A stretch of 64,000 nt of DNA from Eledone cirrhosa. Lineage: Eukaryota. The position numbers and the translations under genes are program-made. Numbering within the stretch: the stretch's first letter is position 1; each line of letters opens with the position of its first letter. Positions 60,647 to 64,000 of the stretch are shown one piece after another. The stretch spans positions 91,338 to 155,337 of the forward strand of contig CAXHJY010000525.1 in the NCBI GenBank assembly GCA_964016885.1. The letters run 5' to 3'. The notes under the pieces are model-generated. The model saw only the letters and a program-made list of their open reading frames with translations, made no database searches and was not told where the DNA came from.

Positions 60647-60867
60647 CCCTTTAGTATTCACATTACTCTATATTTACTATTATATTTTCACGGTAAAGGA
60701 TTTATCTTACATAATTATCTCACATAATATCGAATCTATGAGATTTTGATATTGTTTATTTAGAGCACAATACCTCAACATCCGTATCAGTGGCCTGTAA
60801 TGGCCGGTTTGGATAGAAAGAAGTGGGAGAAGTCTGGTCATATACGGCTGGTTTAAATGCTAAAGGG
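60647..60867. mobile_element. piggyBac-like MITE (221 bp)
   Basis: TTAA-CCCTTTAGTATT ... AATGCTAAAGGG-TTAA; another left end at ~60437. Confidence 0.8.
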
Positions 60868-61528
60868 TTAAAAGATTCAAACAGTAACATATTAAACATT
60901 GAATGCGGGTGAGTAGAGTGTAGATATTTCTCTTCTTTTTCTTAGTAGAAAAATAGTAGTGACTTCGAAGTTGTAGCAGTTGTGTCATTTTTGTAGTTAT
61001 ATTTGCTTTGTAATGCAATACAGCGAAATGATCTGAAGAGTTTTTTGAGCTCTTTAAAAATAAAGTTAATGAAATACCACAGAGATTTATCAGTTTCAAT
61101 AGAATATCTGGATAGTTTACTATCTTATCGCTGATTCTTGCTTTATATTGTATATCTTTATAGACAGCTCAGTCACTTCTAGCAATCTCGTTGTACAAGC
61201 TTTTGCTGCGTCATACAGACAAGATGGCCAGTATCGTCAACTTTGCTGTCTAGTTTAGGCACAAGGCCCTACATTAAATCGACCCTGTGATTCACTGGTG
61301 CTTGATTTATCTTCAAACACCAGCTCAATAATGGTTTGTGATTTAGATACAAGGCTAAAAATGCTGGGGAGAGAGAAAGTTGATAAAATCAACCCCAGTG
61401 TATCACTGGTACTTTATTTTATCGACCCCGTAAGGATGAAAGGCAAAGTTAACCTCGGCGGTATATGTATATATAAATATATATATAAAGATGACCCTCC
61501 CCAAGTATAACAATATATATAATATATA

Positions 61529-61574
<46 letters not shown>

Positions 61575-61887
61575 AGATTCAGGAGCCCGACGGCTGAGCT
61601 CGGCCGTTTCGACAGCTAGATCCGAACAGTTCGGATCTAGCTGTCGAAACGGCCGGAGCTCAGCCGTCGGTGCCTGAATCGTTTCATATTACCCACTCTT
61701 TTACCCTTTTATATATATATATATATATATCATATATATATATATTTATATGTGTGTGTGTGTGTATATAAATATATGTATGTAAATAAATATATGTATG
61801 TATGTATATATATATATATATGTGTGTGTGTGTATATAAATATATGTATGTAATAAATGTATGTATGTATGTATGTATGTATGTGTG

Positions 61888-61918
<31 letters not shown>

Positions 61919-61951
61919 ATATATTATAATATATATATATATTTATATGTG

Positions 61952-62014
<63 letters not shown>

Positions 62015-62676
62015 ATATATATATATTTATATGTATATATATATATATATGTATATATATATGCCAGGTGGTGCTTAGACATGGCCAATACTAGCCGAGA
62101 CCTATTAAGTTATATATGTATGTATACGTGTGTATATATATATATATATGTATGTTATAATATATATATATATAATATATATGTATATATACGTGTGTTA
62201 TTGACGGATGTGAGAAAAAGAACTCAATACCGAAGTAGAGTTTAAATATTCTATTTTCGCTAGGCAGAGAGCCATGTTACTCCGTGCACTCGCATGATCT
62301 TCAATATGTTTGTAAGCCTCTGAATATCTCATTCTATCAGAGTCGAACTATATTGTTATATCAGCTATCTTACTGTTTATGTATTATGTAATTGCAGACT
62401 AATGATGAACACGAGTTATGTGAATAAACCTTTTATTAAAGTGTAATATCCCCCTCCACTTCAGATAAATATAACTGCAAGCCGCCATTGATATCTTATA
62501 TATGGCATGGATGCTATTGTACGCGCCTACATCTTATTCTACAAATTATTCGTGTCATGAACCCCATGGAGAATTAAACACGGTAAGACTAACATTTATT
62601 GCATTGAAACTTTACAACTGGAATGTAAATATATGTATATATAAGAAATCTTGCAAAACAAATTAAAAAACGAAAC

Positions 62677-62722
<46 letters not shown>

Positions 62723-62735
62723 CAATATACAATAT

Positions 62736-62779
<44 letters not shown>

Positions 62780-63011
62780 ATACAAAGCATTTTTAGGCTA
62801 ATTTACTTAGGAAAAATTCAACGGAGGCACTATTTTCACTATATATATATATATATTATATATATATATATAATATATATATAACGTCGTTTTTCAATTT
62901 GTTTTGTCTGAAAACGTGTGTTGAAACAGATATTGTTATACTTTGGAAGGGTCATGCTGCCAATAAAAGGTGCTTGTGTTTTTAATAGCATGACCCTCCC
63001 AAAGTATGACA

Positions 63012-63050
<39 letters not shown>

Positions 63051-63176
63051 CACATTTGTGAAGGACAGGCTGTGTTGTTCTGGATATATATATGTATATA
63101 TATGCATATATATATATACACATATATATTTATATATATATATGTATGTATATATATTATAATATATATATATATT

Positions 63177-63219
<43 letters not shown>

Positions 63220-63349
63220 ATATATGTATATATATACACATATATTTATATATATATATATGTATGTATATATATATATACATATATATTTATGTATGTA
63301 TATTATATATATATACATATATATTTATATATATATATGTATATAATAT

Positions 63350-63390
<41 letters not shown>

Positions 63391-63626
63391 TATATATATA
63401 TATGTATATAATATATATATACATATATATATATATATAATATTTATATATATATATGTATATAATATATATATACATATATATATATACTATATAATAT
63501 ATATATACATATATATATATATATATGTATATATATACATATATATATATAGTTATATATATGTATATATATACACATATATATTTATATATATATGTAT
63601 GTATATATATATATACACATATATTG

Positions 63627-63675
<49 letters not shown>

Positions 63676-64000
63676 TTATATATATATATATTTATTTATT
63701 ATATATATATATAATATATTTATAGTTTTGCGAGGTTTTTGATATAAATCGTGTGTCGAAACAAATATTGTTATACTTGGGAGGGTAAAATGAATGGAAT
63801 AATAACAACACCCAAACAAACAACACTCACCTGAGAGAAGTATAAATAAATAAATAATTAGATAAATAAATAAATAAATACATACACAAGCCCAATAACA
63901 ACAAACACAAATAAAACACACACTAGTAAACATAGAATACATTAACCAATACACAGTCACCCAATCACGAACACACATCAAACAAAACACTATCCACACA

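Overview
Repeat-saturated, AT-rich animal genomic DNA, inferred from its SINE/LINE complement to be an octopod cephalopod. There is no recognisable intact host protein-coding gene: almost every ORF in the track is a translation of (TA)n, (CA)n, (GA)n or (ATG)n tracts. It contains decayed RTE, RTE-X, CR1, L1/Tx1 and Penelope-like (PLE) retroelement fragments, three tRNA-derived SINE families (one locally amplified into satellites), piggyBac-, hAT- and Tc1/mariner-type MITEs, a 4.1-kb 39-bp minisatellite and a divergent tRNA-Glu(CTC). The main hidden structure is that the short islands between (TA)n tracts belong to at least 8 unrelated sequence families carrying hammerhead ribozyme (HHR) motifs. 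About 15 fold by eye as type I HHRs, many in inverted fold-back arrangements with family-specific fixed breakpoints. One family has a conserved non-canonical CAGAAGA core and is physically joined to a PLE GIY-YIG C-terminal fragment. All folds were paired by eye and no searches were run.
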